From Schizosaccharomyces osmophilus (lineage: Eukaryota): a stretch of DNA of 64,000 nucleotides. Below, one piece after another: positions 34,044 to 48,291 of this stretch (positions are counted from its first letter, which is position 1; every line of letters starts with the position of its first letter). The translations under genes were made by a program, and so were the position numbers. The DNA lies in assembly GCF_027921745.1 (NCBI RefSeq), contig NC_079238.1, forward strand, positions 4,216,001 to 4,280,000, given 5' to 3'. Under the pieces are notes generated by a model that did not search any database, was not told the origin of the DNA, and saw only the letters and a list, made by a program, of their open reading frames with translations.

Positions 34044-36985
34044 TTATCGAGGTAAGCTATGAATCAGATCTTCAGTAATCTCCTTTTGAATCCTTTCAGA
34101 TTCTGTCGTAAGGCTCGACTCAAGAGTCAGCTTTGTAGCTGCCAACTTGCGTATGTTTTCCTATAATGGTCAGTATCAACGTATCATACAAACATTCACT
34201 TACCTCAATGCTATTTTCCGTAACTAGGCGATAAACAGAAACAGGTCGTGTTTGCCCAACTCGATGGGCACGGTCTTCTGCCTGTAAATCATCAAAAGGA
34301 TTGAAAGAACAATCATACATGACGACAACGTTTGCACAAGTCAGATTGATTCCAAAACCCCCTGACTTTGTCGAAAGCAAAAACACTTTATACTCTGGGT
34401 TCTCGTAAAACTCATCGAGTAAACTTTGTCTCGTATCTACCGGAGTAGAGCCATCAAGTCTCAAAAACTTGATTCCAATGGTTTTCAGGACGAGCTCAAG
34501 TATATCTAATACTTGAGTGAATTGACTAAAAATCAAAATTCGATCCTCACTTTTAGATTCATGCAACAGTGAAACTAACTTGTTTACTTTTCCCGACTTC
34601 ATCCAAGGTTCTCCTTGCAGTTGAAACTGATGCAGAGACTTGAATTGCATACAGAGATGGTGAAGTTCAAAATCCGACATGACTTCCATATCTTCATATA
34701 TATAACTTTCATTGGCGTCTAAATATTGATCCTCTCGTAAAATCCTTTTTGACATCGTCCTCAAGGTTTCTAAAGAGTATATAGAACGGAACAACAGCTG
34801 GTGATTGACAACTTTTCGAAGTTGCATTATAATGTTTTCACGATTACTGGAAGAATCGTTTCTCATCTTAATTAATTTTACGTAGATATCCTTTTGACTA
34901 GGTTCCATATGACAATACTCTACGAGTTGTTTTTTCTCGGGAAGGTCAGACAAAACATCGGCCTTTTTGCGGCGAAGGATGAAGGGATTCATGATTGATT
35001 TTGCTCTAGAAATTCTTTGTTGAGAAAGATAAGCTCTTTCAAAATTTCCATCCGTAGAGGGCTTAATTTTGTAAATTATATCCAGTCCTTGCATATTACT
35101 ATCAAACATCTTGGGTAACATAAAGGCAAGTAAAGACTGCAGGTGTAAATGTTAGTAACCACTAAGAAGTAGAGAATGAAGCACATACAATTAGCTCTTT
35201 CAAGTTATTCTGTAACGGCGTTCCAGTAATTAAAAGGCGAAATTTGGCTGTAATATTCATCAAATGTTTATATCTTTCTGACATCCGATTTTTTAAGTAG
35301 TGACCTTCATCAAAAACACAAATCTATACGTTAGTATACATCTTAAGTAGGAACAGGATTCGTACATTAAACCTTTGTCTCCGTAAGAAAGCTCTGTCAT
35401 CTCTAGAACCCGAAGCCATATGATAGTTTGTTACCAAAACATCATATTCGTTGTCTGTCAAATAATATCTTTTCTCTATCCTCTCAGCTTGGCTTCCTGA
35501 GTATTCTTCTACTCGCAAAGATGGGCAAAATTTAGCAAACTCACGAAGCCAGTTCTCAAGGGTAGAGGCAGGAACCACGATTAAATGGGGACCTCTAATG
35601 TTGTTTTCCTTCACTGAAGCCAAAAATGCAATTACCTGACAGGTTTTACCAAGTCCCATTTCGTCTGCCAAAATACCCGACAAATCAGCATGATACATTA
35701 AACGTAACCAATTAACACCCATTATTTGGTAATTTTTCAGTGTTACTCCAGGTGCCAACAATCCGGGCTGCTCTTCCATGTAATCCATTGGTATGCATTC
35801 TTCGTGATTTTTATCTTGTTGAATGTTATGCCAGTTTTTTAATGTGTTTGCTATGAGGCGTCCGTAATTTTCACAGCGATTAATTAAGGAATCAACAGCG
35901 TCAAACCCTTGTAAAACTTCATACGTAGAATTCACAACCTTTTTGCCCACTTTAAAAGAGTCCGATTTTGATCGCTTTTGTTTGTCAGTAACTTTTTTCT
36001 TATGAACGACTTCGGCCTTATTTAAGCTTGGATATGGCCTCTTCGTAATGAAATATTCTACAATATCATGCGGGCAACTAGATACATCTATCAACTCCTG
36101 TAGGGAACAACTGTTTAAAAAATCAAGCACTCGCTTATCATAGTCAGATTCTTCATCGCTCACGTTTTGAACTTGATGTTTATCAAATTCTTCCACTGAG
36201 GCATCTTCGAAAGCTGGATTAGGTGTATTTTCCTTTTCGTACTCGGTATTCTTTAATGGAAACGTACTAGTTCTGTCTTCTTCATCTTCATCTTCCTCTT
36301 CCTCTTCCTCTTCCTCAGAAAGCTGAATAACACGCGAAGTCTTTTTTCGAGATTTAGTAGGTTCAACAGGTTCCCCATTTTGCAAGTCTCTTTTTCTTGG
36401 AATATGAGTTTTTGGTAACGCAGCTTTCTCTGGTTTATTGTTTTTTTCTTTCCGAGAATTTTTATTACCAACACGCCCACCTGGTTCTTTTAGTAGTCTC
36501 TGAAACGTAAGTTTATGAAGTACCATGTTTTCTTTCCAATTAAACTTTTTTAATTTATCGACTATATCATTTTCGTCCAGCTCAGGAAATCGACGTTTTA
36601 CAAAATTTATTTTTGATTCCATCGTTTCAGTGTTCATAGCATCATTCATTTCAGAATTATCCCTGTTATTTGATTTTGTCTTAGCCTCAATTCTTGAAAC
36701 AATTGACTCGTCGTTCTTTTCTTGAAGGATTCTGTTTATCTTTTTTTGACTGTTGGTATCTTCAGGTGCCACCGATTCCAAAGTTAAAGGGTTCAGCCTG
36801 TCTCGAAAATCTTTTCTTGAAGCCAAATGTAAACCACTTTGATCAATTTCACGCCCAGTGTTCCGTACGGGAGACTCTTCTATTGGGGAACTGTTTATGA
36901 AAATTTGATGATTCTCGCGTACTGGCGTACCAGGAGGAGATGGGCTTGGTACAGTAACTAAGTCTTTACTTTCTTTGTCCAACAT
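34044..36985 (-). CDS. fft1: SMARCAD1/Fun30-family SNF2 chromatin-remodelling ATPase, multi-exon
   Basis: [29 protein letters not shown] and [11 protein letters not shown] (in the small exon ~35190-35323), [21 protein letters not shown] and [11 protein letters not shown]. Last exon ends in TAA at 34044. Paralog name rests on recalled synteny. Confidence 0.88.
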
Positions 36986-37365
36986 TTACGCTCCTAGCAT
37001 ACTTGGAAAGTTAATAGTAAGAAACGAAGAAGTCGAAAGCTTTTGTTTACAAAACGATTTGGCCGCTGGAAGTTGGGTTCGTAGACTAAACATAGCGACA
37101 AAAACTCGACCATTAAATGAAATAGGGAGATACAAGAAGTGAAGACTAAACATTGTTTGAAAAATAGATATTCAAGTAAATACTCAGTTGGAAAGAAATT
37201 TAAGGTCGTGTTTTACACTTGCAAACGGGAATGAAATTGATATTCGAGTCTCTTTAAATTACACATTCAATATTCACTATTAAACATAATTTTATTGAAA
37301 AATAGATAGATCCATAAATCCAAAATCTAGTAACCCAAAACCACAAAAATCCCAGAAAGTTCTAA

Positions 37366-40300
37366 TTAGTTCTTTGATTTCTTTTTAGAAGACTTCTCCT
37401 TCGAGGGTTGCTTCGGTTTATTTGCTTCATCAGCTTCTGTTTTTCTCTTTTGACCCTTCACACTAACCACAGTAGATCCTTTACCCTTAGTTTTATTGAT
37501 TTGTTGTTCAGCCTTCTTCCAATCTTCTTCATTACCGCCAATAGCATACTTTTCCAAATCCATAGCATCTATCAAGGCCTTTTGCTTTTCACGAAGGGAT
37601 AACATAGCTTCGTCACCACCTTCTTGTAATTCTTCTTCTAATGATTGCTGAACAGGAGTAAATTCGGGAACTCTGTGACTTGGTTTTTCAGCCTTCTCGT
37701 TGACTTCCAAATCTTGTTCGATATTCTTGCTCTCTATTTCATCTATGCAAGTGGTTATTTTCTTCAATAACTTAACCAACATAGCCAACAATTGGTTTGA
37801 TGGTAAGTTAAACTCTCGTTCAAGGTCATCAACTGTCTTAAATTGTAAACCAAGGGCAAGTAAGACAGATTGCTGAACAGGAGAAAGCTTAACATTCTCA
37901 GGGAATTTAGCGCTAAAATAAAGACCAGCTACTTTAGGAAGCAAATCCATAACAACATGGTAGTCAAGCAAATTGTTAGCATAAGCCTCTAATCGCTTTA
38001 AATCAAATGATTCAAACATTTGATGAATCTCTTCATCAGTCAGTTTGGGGACTTCTGAATGGAAATGTTTGGTACCATTGTTACAGGCGTCCAAAATGCT
38101 CAATGAAGTAATAGCAGTAAAGTGTCTGAATTGATAGCCAAGTAAAGTCAAAAATCTCTTATAAAAGTTCTGCGCAAAAGCACCTAACCACTCAGTATCA
38201 CGTTCAGCCAAAGGTCGAAGCATAACACATGTATGTTCACCAGTCAAATCGTTGGCAGTTTGTCTGAGATATAATGGGCAATAACCCTCTCTCTTCCAGA
38301 ACTTCTGTAAAGTTGGTGTCAAACCATACGAAACACCCATATAGTGAAGATACTCTGGCTGAAGTTCTGATAATTTCAGTAATAAGGGTGGCATTGTTCT
38401 AGCATCACGTACATTAAGCTTCTCAGTCTGTAACGCATTTTCTTGAAGCTCTTCATCAGAAACTCTCTTCATGCTATCAAGAGGGGAGCGAAAGTCTTCG
38501 GAAATGCTAACGAATTTACCCTCAAAGTAATCATGCAATAACTCTAACGCTCTGGTACCATATCCCATTTTTGTATGCTCGGGAGAAACAGCTATACGAA
38601 CGATACGAGCACCGCCCAAAGAGGCAAAATTTTCATCTTGGTATTGTTGAGATATAAGCCAAGGAATTAAGTCACCACCTGCTCTTTGTCCTCTACTCAA
38701 TCCGTTTAGGATGGAATCCCTAGAAATAGAACCTTCCAAAGCTAATTGAATAACACAAATAGGATCAGGTAATTTGGGATTCTTTGGGTCTACAGGAGGC
38801 AACAATACAAATAACTGATGAGCAGGAGCATCGGACATTAATTGTAAATCATTTGGAGAATTTTTGTAATGACTTGCAACGTAGAGAGCCATCATGCGTT
38901 GCAGGAATGCTTCTGAAACCGGATGGTAGGAGAACAGCGTGTCTCTGCTAACACGGAATAGTGAGCACTCGGATGGATGAGGAAATCCTTGAGCTGCGGA
39001 CTTTGAAATATAATTAGTAGCATCCAAGCAAAGTAACTTATTAAGCCATCCCTCGATAGGGTCTCCAGCTGCATATCTGATAGGTTCATCCAAGCTTATT
39101 TCTTTCAAAGTTCTTCCGCTGATTGAAGAATTACCGGCAGGACTATTTGCATTTGCTGAAACCATACGAGACTGTTCTCTAAGTTGTTGTAAAAGCTTCA
39201 AAGAGAGAGAGCGACCAGTGCCTTCGTACCCGTTGATGGTGGAAGCCATGAACACCAAATAAGGACCAATCAACTTACGTACCAAAGGTAAGGGAATAGC
39301 AGCTGCTTCATCAATTACCACTAATTCAGCTTGTCCTAAAACATTGGCATCTTCAGGGCGAATATACTGAATTGTCTGGCGATGATCGCGGAAAATATTA
39401 ACACGCACAATGGCATTGTTAAAAGCTGGATTCGTTGACTGAACAATATCATAATCTGTATGCTCATCATAATTTAATGCATCGAATCCCTTGAAAATAA
39501 ATTCAAAAAGAGTCTTCAAGTTTTCGGGACTGGGAGAAGTGATAAAGATATTAGAATAACCGTAAGCAACGGCAGCTGCAATTGCTAAACCCAAAGCAGC
39601 AGATTTACCACGACCACGGCTAGCAGTTAGCGAAACGGTACCTCTCAAACTTTTCTCTACAATAGATTCCACAAAACTTAAGACAGCATGGGATTGGTCA
39701 AGGGTACGGGTAATTCCAACAAGACCACTCGCTAAGTTGTCTTCCCCTAAAGATTCCTGCAGTTCTTTGATTTTGTTTTCTGTCGATCTATCTTCATCGA
39801 CAACGGGAGGCAAAGGCTTCACATTCTTACCACCGGAAATGGGAAGTACGTTGAGTTCATCATCAATGACAAGACAGTTTTCGCAATTACCTAAAGACAA
39901 AATAAATCTTTCATTAAATCTAGCAGTCACGTCACTGTGAGCTTCAGTTCTATAACGGGAGTGAATATCCATTGACATGGTATAAAGTTGCTTCAACGAT
40001 TTAATTTTGTGAAGCAAGAGAACGACAACACCACCTCCTTCAATGGTTTCGATTGTACGAGCAAGGATATTAGGAGTCAATGCCTCAAAATCTTGCAAAA
40101 CCAACATTCCGTAAGTAGTACCCAAAATTTTTTCAGATTCCTTGTAGTAGCAGTAACGAATATTGGTGATACTGCAGAACAACTCAAAAGGATCCTCAGA
40201 GTTAGGGTCACGGATTCCTCTCTTTACTTCTTTCTTGATTTTAGTCTCTCGTTTTTTACGATGGCTTTTAAATGTTAGATTAAACAACAGAGAGGAAGTC

Positions 40301-40554
40301 ATATAGTGCATACCTGGTAAAACCCAACAAATCTTTTTTGTACATCCATAAAACATTAGGACGAGCGGCAACCTTTGACTGGGATAGTAACCAATGAAGA
40401 TTTACAACCTGGTCTCGAGCTTTGTCGCCGACAACAACGAAAAAACTTCGTTGTTTTTCCTACAATTGTCAGCTACGTCTTTAGTTCAATCGCATACCTG
40501 ACAGCCATTCTTTATGAGCGCTGGAATACGAGAATCAAGAGCTTTTTTTGGCAT
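37366..40554 (-). CDS. nat10: RNA cytidine acetyltransferase Nat10/Kre33, short 5' exons
   Basis: Start MPKKALDSRIP at 40554. Motifs LTASRGRGKSAALG, VIDEAAAIP, STINGYEGTGR, SHYKNSPNDL and RIVRIA...MGYG (GNAT). Confidence 0.95.
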
Positions 40555-40855
40555 TTTTGGTAATGATTGTTTCTGGCTGCTGCCAAGTTCTATTTGCCTT
40601 TCTGAAGGTATATTTTAGTAACATCGTTAAGGTTCGTTAACTGTAATAGTGAAAAGGCCTTAGATTAGCAATAATAAACAAATCGGAAGAAAGAATCAAT
40701 TTATTTTCATTTGTAATGGAAAGAACAGTTAATGAGTAAACAGTCATAGAACAAGAACTATTGTATCATAAAGCTCGTAGTGAGTATCTCTAAAATTAAA
40801 TCATTAAACGTTAACAGGAGCCGTAATGTAGACATATTAAAGGAAAGGGTTCGAA

Positions 40856-42347
40856 TTAAAAGTTGGTATGCTTTTCCTGCGAAGAAACATATGCTTCTAA
40901 AAATTTAATATTCGTCAAAACAAACTTCAAAGCCCGCGTCCAATTTTCGTCTTGATTGAAAGCAAGTCTGATACACTTACTTCCAATACGATCATTTTCT
41001 ATAGGATAAGGTAAGATGGCCGACGGCGTATTGGCTGCACAAAAGTCTCCAAGCTGGTGCAAATAGTCCAAAAAGGCCACCATTCCTTGGTCAAACCGAC
41101 GGTTCATAAAAATTTTCAGTTCACCAGTAGAAAATAGATCTATTCTCACAGGCTTCGTATTCCCAGTGCTAAGATCCTGATCATAACGAAGAATATACGA
41201 TTGACTACCAAAGGGCTTGAGTTGGTATAAAGGGGAATGGAAGTCTAGTCTTTCAGCAAGAACATCCAAAAGTAAAACCGTCATCCCCCATGCAGCATTT
41301 ATTTCACTCCAGCTTACCTAATCGGAGTTGTTAGTTCAAGTTGACAAACAAAAGATAGCTCACCTTTTGACTAGGTAACCTGCCCAGCCGCAAGCCATTG
41401 ATCGTAGCAATGGATCCCTCACCATTTGGTTCGGAATAATGCGATATATAAAAAATATCACTAAAGACATTCATTTTCTGGAGCTTTTCGAACTTTTTTG
41501 AATTATGTTCAAATTCTAATTGTGCACAATCGCGTTGCTTTTCTAAGGCACTTTCTTTCATCAAAAGTTGATTTAATGTTTTTTTATATTCATTTTCCTC
41601 GACGTTCGTCTTTTCACATTCAATTATCATATCGCGGAAGTGACTTTGTAATTCTTGTTCCTGAGCGGACAAATCGACTATTGCTTTTTCTTTTTCCTTA
41701 ATCTTTTCAGAAATCTAGTTCTTTGTTAGTAACAAGTTGTCGATTACAATGCATACTTCTTGAACATCGGCTTCGAATTGGGAGATATCTTCTTCTTCAA
41801 AATCTTGATTAGCCAGCATATTACTGTAATATGAATACAAGTTTTTTTCAGCTTTTGTAGAGTTTAGTGTTTTCGTCATTTCTTCTGCCAGCAATTCAGC
41901 GCATTCTTCACACAATGGATGATTCACTTTTGTTTTTGCAGACAATAAATCAAAGATTCGATAGTAGTTCTCTATTTTCCAACTAAACAAGTCGTTTACC
42001 TCCGTAGAAGGATTCCGTTCGTCTTCATTCTCGTTGTATCCATCATGTGACGCTGGTAAAACCACAAACGAGTCAAGAGTTGGTGTTTTCAATTCTGTTT
42101 GAGGTGATTGAGGAAAATCGGATTCCCCTTCTTTAAGCGCTTTTTTGTATAACTGTAGTCGCTCCACAGGATAGTCCTCTACTGAAGAAGCAGTTTCATC
42201 ATCACTTTCGCACTCCTCATTCGTCTCTGTTAATGATGGCGTCCACAAACTCACGCTTTTTGGAAACAATTTCTGTTTCACCAACTCATCATCGTAGTTT
42301 TCTTTAAGTTTGAGTAGCGAATGGCATTTTTGGCATACAAAATGCAT
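40856..42347 (-). CDS. atg6: Beclin/Atg6 (Vps30), 3 exons
   Basis: FVCQKC N-terminus, DSFVVL, HPLCEEC, TINGLRLGRL, FDQGMVAFL, LPYPI and WTRALKFVLTNIK. GT-AG introns lie between the three ORFs. Confidence 0.93.
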
Positions 42348-42738
42348 GTTGTGCAGTTGAAAAGGTACTTTGCTTTCATACCAGTGGTACATGTGTGCAT
42401 CTGAGTACTACAATGCGAAAACAAAGTAAGTGATGAAAACATCCTAAATAGTTGAAAATACAATCAAATAAAGATACAAATGATTGGAGCCCAAACACGT
42501 TCCATAAGAAATTCTAACCAAGCGTATCGCTGGTTTCGTAAACATTTGATTTATCGCGCTGATTTCGGTTTTATAGGAAAGTAGCAAACCTTTCATTATA
42601 TTCTTTACTCTTTTAGTAAACCAAAAGAGATGTCCTACTACATTCACAATTCCACATATCCTTTTTCTTCCCATCTCTTCCCTCATATAATACATACCAG
42701 CAATATATACTATATCACTTTAGTACGATCATCGTATT

Positions 42739-42810
42739 GGGGTTATAGCTCAGTGGTAGAGTGAGGGATTGCAATTCCCCAGGTCACTGGTTCAAATCCG
42801 GTTGGCCCCT
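42739..42810 (+). tRNA. tRNA-Cys (GCA)
   Basis: Cloverleaf with acceptor GGGGTTA/TGGCCCC, D-arm GCTCAGTGGTAGAGT, anticodon loop TTGCAAT and T-loop TTCAAAT. T7 terminator follows. Confidence 0.93.
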
Positions 42811-43187
42811 TCATTTTTTTGTACCATCCTCTTGCCCTTTAGGAAAGATGAACATGTTGGAATAACCAAAAATAAAGAAAATATCTCATCTTCAGTTTTT
42901 ATTTGTGATTGTCAAGCGCACACGCCAATGTCAGTTGTGTAAACAATGGACCCTATAAAAGCTAGAGACTCAACAACTCTTGACTATCATTTCGTGTCTG
43001 AAATTCTGCTTGGATTCAAAACTGACGTCCCCAAATAAAGAAATGACAGCCAATAGAGCGACAAACGCTGAATAGTTAATTAACTTTCAATGTTGCAAAA
43101 AAAAAAAAAAAAAATCCGTCCAAGAAACCGCAATATTGTGCTCTTTTCAAAGGTCATATATAGAATGTATATCATAATTCTTGTAAA

Positions 43188-43259
43188 TCCGTTGTGGTCC
43201 AACGGCTAGGATTCGTCGCTTTCACCGACGCGGCCGGGGTTCGACTCCCCGCAACGGAA
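43188..43259 (+). tRNA. tRNA-Glu (TTC)
   Basis: Acceptor TCCGTTG/CAACGGA, anticodon arm CGTCG-CTTTCAC-CGACG and T-arm GGGGTTCGACTCCCC. T-run follows. Confidence 0.95.
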
Positions 43260-44847
43260 ATATTTTTTTGAAAACCTATTACTTTTATGCTTCAAAACGA
43301 ACAAGGATGAAATTTATGGAGAGGTCATTGACCAAACTTTTGGATTCCTCCATCATCGAATTTTTCTTTTAGACTGTTTCTATTACTTTGTGTTGCCTGC
43401 TCTACGAAGCTGACTGTTGAAATGATTGACATAACATGCTTTGTTATTTGGAACATAGGTCATTTCCTTACCTGGAGAAAAAGATCCCTTCGTGCAGCTT
43501 TGGGAAATTCAAAAATTTTTTTGTTATCTAACGTGGTGATGCCTTTGGCGATGATTTCAAGCGCATGAAGTTTTGACAAAAATAAAGCGATTCTTTCTTC
43601 CAAGGTTAATTCTTAAAAGTGGACTTACCCTGTCTCGTTGCAGGTGATTTCCTGGTTTAACAGTTACAAGCATAACTTTCTAATTGTATTTTATGGCATA
43701 TTCAAATCGTAGACTATATCTGCTTTTTATGAACGCGGGACAGTGTTCTCGTCGGAGTTATGATCCCCTTTATAAGTTTCATCTCCCTGGTTTCCAGTGT
43801 TTTTTTGAATAAAACGAAAGTGCTGTGACATAAGCTTGTAAAGCATGCTGTCGATTCACTCTGAAATCGAAAGGGAGTCCGTCTGGCGTTCAAATTCATT
43901 TCCTCAAATGTTACTTCTCCTTTGAAAGATAGATCGGAATTCCTTTTCTCAGAAAGTGTCACAAATCCTTTGGAATTGCCTTCCTCATTAAGAATGCCTA
44001 CCGCAACTCTCTTCTATAATACTAGTCAGATGTTTACTATTCCGTATTTGCTTTTAAAGTCAATTACACGCGTTTTAAAATTAATATGCTATGCAATTTC
44101 CTTTGAAAAGTGTTTTCTGTTTTACTCTTGTTTTTCATAAGCTTTGCAAATCTTATTCCTTCGTTTATCTTTTAATACTCGAAACCCTCTATTCGTCTTA
44201 AAAATCGACTTATGGATACGATGGATACACGGGTGGTTACATGTGAGCAGCTGCTAGAAATATACGTGAATAGAGTGCCATCCATCTCATCTGACATATG
44301 AATATACACGACAAAATATATTTCTTCCTGGTACCCCATGAACCTTTAGAAGGCAGACCCAGGAGATCTCTCAGTGGATACTAAACCAATGCAAGAAGAA
44401 AACTTTTATAAGGTTCTGAATGAAACTCCTTTCAATATATTCAACTAGATTTATTTCTACTCGAAAGAACGAAATATTACGATCTTTATTTTTTTGGTAT
44501 TCGTCAATGGTTTGTTACAACATTATGCATTTTCTGCCACGGGAAGACTGATTGGCATTTACTAAAGAGTTTTATTATTTCTTTCTTTTCTTCTTATTCT
44601 TCCTTCAAGCTTTCCCCTCCAAAAAAAAGACATCTGCCTTAAAACGATATACTTCAAGATAAACCGATATCGTCCTAGAATAAAGGTTAGAACGAATTGC
44701 TCACAGTGGTATCGTCTCGCTTCTTTAAGTTAAAAAGTACTTGACTTTTCTGTGTTCTCTCGTAATCAATATCTTATAATCATTTTCTCTTCTATTTGAG
44801 GTTTCATTTTTGCTATATTTCCCTTTCTTTAAAACAGATTGCCATCC

Positions 44848-45800
44848 ATGTCTTCTTCGCGTGCAATAACCAAGTTTCTCACAAGGTATAAAGGAAAACT
44901 TCATACACCGGATTTTCGTGCCTATTGTTACAATAAAGAAAAACCCGTGTCATTCCTCCATGATATACCTTTGTCTTCAAAAGAAGGGACCTTGAATATG
45001 GTACGCGCTTCGGTCAGCTTGAGTATATGAAGAGAATTGCTAATCCATGAGTATATAGGTTGTGGAAATTCCTCGCTGGACGCAAGCAAAATGTGAAATC
45101 TCAAATTCTATTCCTTTCAACCCAATAGTTCATGATATGAAGAATGATAGAATTCGGTACGTTCAAAACTGTTTTCCATATCACGGTTACATATGGAATT
45201 ATGGTGCATTTCCTCAGACATTTGAGGATCCAAATAAGTTGGATGCACACACCAATTTTAAAGGGGATGGTGATCCAATTGACGTGTGTGAAATTGGAGG
45301 AGCCATTGGATACCTCGGACAAATCAAACAGGTCAAAGTTCTGGGTGCCTTAGCGCTTTTGGATCAAAACGAAACAGACTGGAAAATTCTGACCATCGAC
45401 GTTAATGATCCCTTGGCAAATATACTTAATGGTAAGTTTTCTCTTAAAGCACCGTGATTGACCTAGCTTAGACATCGACGATGTTAAAGAGTTCATGCCT
45501 CGTTTGTTAACCTGCACCCGTGATTGGTTTACAGTATATAAAATTCCTGATGGAAAATCAAGGAATACATTTTGTCTTTCAGGAGAGTTTCTTCCAAAAA
45601 GTATTGCTACGGAAATCATTAGCGAATGTCATACAAGCTGGAAAACGGGCTCCCAAAGAGCTGACCATATTCATTCATTCCTCGCAAATTCAGAAAAAGC
45701 TACCAGAATTACCCAGGATGTAGGAAAAATGGAGGAAAGCCCGTTGCCAAAGACTTCCGCTTTTCCCTCTCTCGGGTATTATTATCAACTACCTGAATAG
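44848..45800 (+). CDS. Family I inorganic pyrophosphatase (probably the mitochondrial paralog), 3 exons
   Basis: [46 protein letters not shown] and [11 protein letters not shown] across three ORFs separated by GT-AG introns. Confidence 0.9.
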
Positions 45801-45998
45801 GCCTTTTTGAACAGAATTACCTAATTTCTTCCCTTGCTATACGACAGAATTCGATTTCTTTTTTTTTCGTTTTCTCTTGTTTTGCATATCCTCGGATCTT
45901 TTATGATTACATTTCTTTTTTTTTTGTTTTTTTGTTTTTTGGAGCACTATTATCATAGTTAATTGATTTCTTCGGTTGTGTAAGGTGATTTAATCCAT

Positions 45999-46916
45999 CT
46001 ACACAACGTTGCTCGTAAACAAAGGCATCCTGCTGTCACGAAAAGACAGGACCGGATTTACGAAAGGAGCAATTTCTTCAGCTTGGATGTTTCCGGGTTC
46101 ATTAGTCAAGTCCTCTGTGTTGAAAAAATCAGCCGAGTGATTTCTACGCTTATTATGCTTTCTGCTATAGTCTTCATTGCAGAGAGGGCACGATGCTTTC
46201 GATGTAGTCATCCACGTATCTATACATTGAGCGTGGAAAATGTGCCTGCAAGGAAGGAGACGTAAATATTCATTATAGTCATAATTTGCGTAACAGATTG
46301 TGCAAAAGTCTTCCTCGTCTTCTTCTTGGTTTGAACCATCTTCTTTAAAGCAACTTTCTTTTGCTTGGTCAAAAGTATTTTTCTCATTGGAAGGTTTTGA
46401 ATCAATGGAGTCATTCTCCGAACATTTAGTTACGGTTGAATTCATTGACATTCCTAAAAGAAAAGGATCTTTGTCGAATGTAGGTGGAATTTTATCAATC
46501 GGAAGATTATCGCATTGCACATTTTGTTTATTCTGTTCTGTTCTTCTTTGGTAAAGCCATTCTCTGTAAGTTATTACTGGAGACAAATAGCCCAATTCGT
46601 TTTGGGACAATGTGGGAGGCTGCTGCCTATGGCGGGGAATATTGTACCCTAACATATGGTGAAGCCTTTCCGTTGGGAACGAAGTAGGAGGTCTTGAATT
46701 GTTCATTCTGTTGGTCTGCATCAGAGGAAGTACGTCGTCGTCTTCTTCCTCAAAGTCGAGAAAATGAAAGCATGTCAAGCAGTAGCGACAAAGGTATATT
46801 AATATTAGGTTGAAGAAAATAACTGAAAATATAATTGCGACTGCAAATGGCAAGACATCATTGCTTCCCTCTGGAGGAGTGTCTTCATTTACTGTCATGG
46901 AGTTATGCCTCTCCAT
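45999..46916 (-). CDS. meu34: Transmembrane RING-H2 E3 ubiquitin ligase (Meu34-like)
   Basis: N-terminal hydrophobic helix and CTIC...LLPCRHIFHAQCIDTW...CPLC. Name rests on recalled synteny and the upstream FLEX site. Confidence 0.78.
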   Translation of the reverse strand: MERHNSMTVNEDTPPEGSNDVLPFAVAIIFSVIFFNLILIYLCRYCLTCFHFLDFEEEDDDVLPLMQTNRMNNSRPPTSFPTERLHHMLGYNIPRHRQQPPTLSQNELGYLSPVITYREWLYQRRTEQNKQNVQCDNLPIDKIPPTFDKDPFLLGMSMNSTVTKCSENDSIDSKPSNEKNTFDQAKESCFKEDGSNQEEDEEDFCTICYANYDYNEYLRLLPCRHIFHAQCIDTWMTTSKASCPLCNEDYSRKHNKRRNHSADFFNTEDLTNEPGNIQAEEIAPFVNPVLSFRDSRMPLFTSNVV

Positions 46917-47061
46917 TGCAAGCTTTCGTGTCTACTGCAAAAACGACAGAGTAATCTATTGCAATAAATTTGAAGAAAATCACAGATTCAAATTTACTTA
47001 CGCATGTATGATAAAGTGCTCAGTGGAATTGATGCCCATTCAACCCTTTCTACCAGGACTT

Positions 47062-47072
47062 GTAAACAAACA
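47062..47072 (+). promoter_or_regulatory. FLEX (Mei4 forkhead) element
   Basis: Perfect GTAAACAAACA ~146 bp upstream of the RING E3 start codon. Confidence 0.7.
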
Positions 47073-47420
47073 AGCGACCACAAAATACACCTCGAAGGAA
47101 GGAACATTGTGAATCCAGGAAAGAACAAAAACATAAACACTAATTGAAAGTTTTAATGAGTAAAAAAAGAAAAAAAATAAAATAAAATACAGGCTATCTT
47201 TTTAGGCTGCTCAAAAATTATCAACTTTTTATTAAATCCTATATTGCAATATAGGTAATTATTTTCTATAAACCAAAAGAAAGTAAATAATTAAATAGTC
47301 AAAAACTTAGATGTTTCCAAATCTCTCTTAAACCAAAACAAACGTTGGTTTATATATTGCAAACAGACTATGTATGTCCGACGTTTCCCAAAACCAGAAA
47401 TAAATAGAGTAATCTTTGAG

Positions 47421-48291
47421 TTAGGCAGCCACCTTCAATCTTTTATTTGGTGTAGTATCTTCATCCACCAGTTTAACGGAAGAACGATAAGTATTTCTTC
47501 TTGTTTCAGCATGCAATATAATAGATCGACAGAATCCACTAATAGCATACCTAGCTTGATCTTGTTTCAGATCCCAAAAGGTCGCTAGGTTTATAACGTC
47601 AAAGGCGGCACGGCATTCTAATGGACTTCTGCTTTCGCTGGATATTAATATACCGCGTCCTCTGGTAGCGCGAACCAAACTAGAAGCGTTTGTAACCAAA
47701 TTTCTTCTACTAGAAGTTTCCCGCAAGCCCGAAGCATAAGAAATCTCAATTCCGATTCCTCGAGAAACCGCGAGTCCCATAATAGTATGCTTCAAATAAA
47801 AGGGTAATCTCTGAGAAAAATCAAAGGACAATATGTCAAACTCAAGATCACTAGCAGTTTGCTGCAGCAATCTTTCTCCCACTGGTCTTAAACCCAGAAT
47901 GTCAAACTCTTTTGTTGCATTATGCTATAACAGTCAGCTACGGGAAGAAGAAAATTACATACCAAAATTTTGTTCTGAGGTGTCGATTCGATGGTTAAAG
48001 TGATTCGTGAATAAATCTTAATTTTCTGTTCTGGATACAAAGTGGCAGGGATGGGGTTTTTCTTTTTGAGCTGTTAGTATGCAGCCATACTGGAAGTGAA
48101 CACGTACAATAACGTTTTGTAATTTTCCATCAAACTGATAATTCAATGCAACAGCCGCATAACCCACTGTTTTAGTTAGCGTGAGTAGTTTTTGGTTAGC
48201 TCATACATTTTTCGAGCATCTTAACAGTATTCACTATTGTCGAATCTTTTATACCTAACGAAGGCCATACTACATTTAAGTCTGCAAACAT
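47421..48291 (-). CDS. rpp1: RNase P/MRP subunit p30 (Rpp1), several short 5' exons
   Basis: Start MFADLNVVWP, then GYAAVALNY, IYSRITL, RGIGIEISY and SSESRSPLECRAAFDVINL. Confidence 0.9.
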
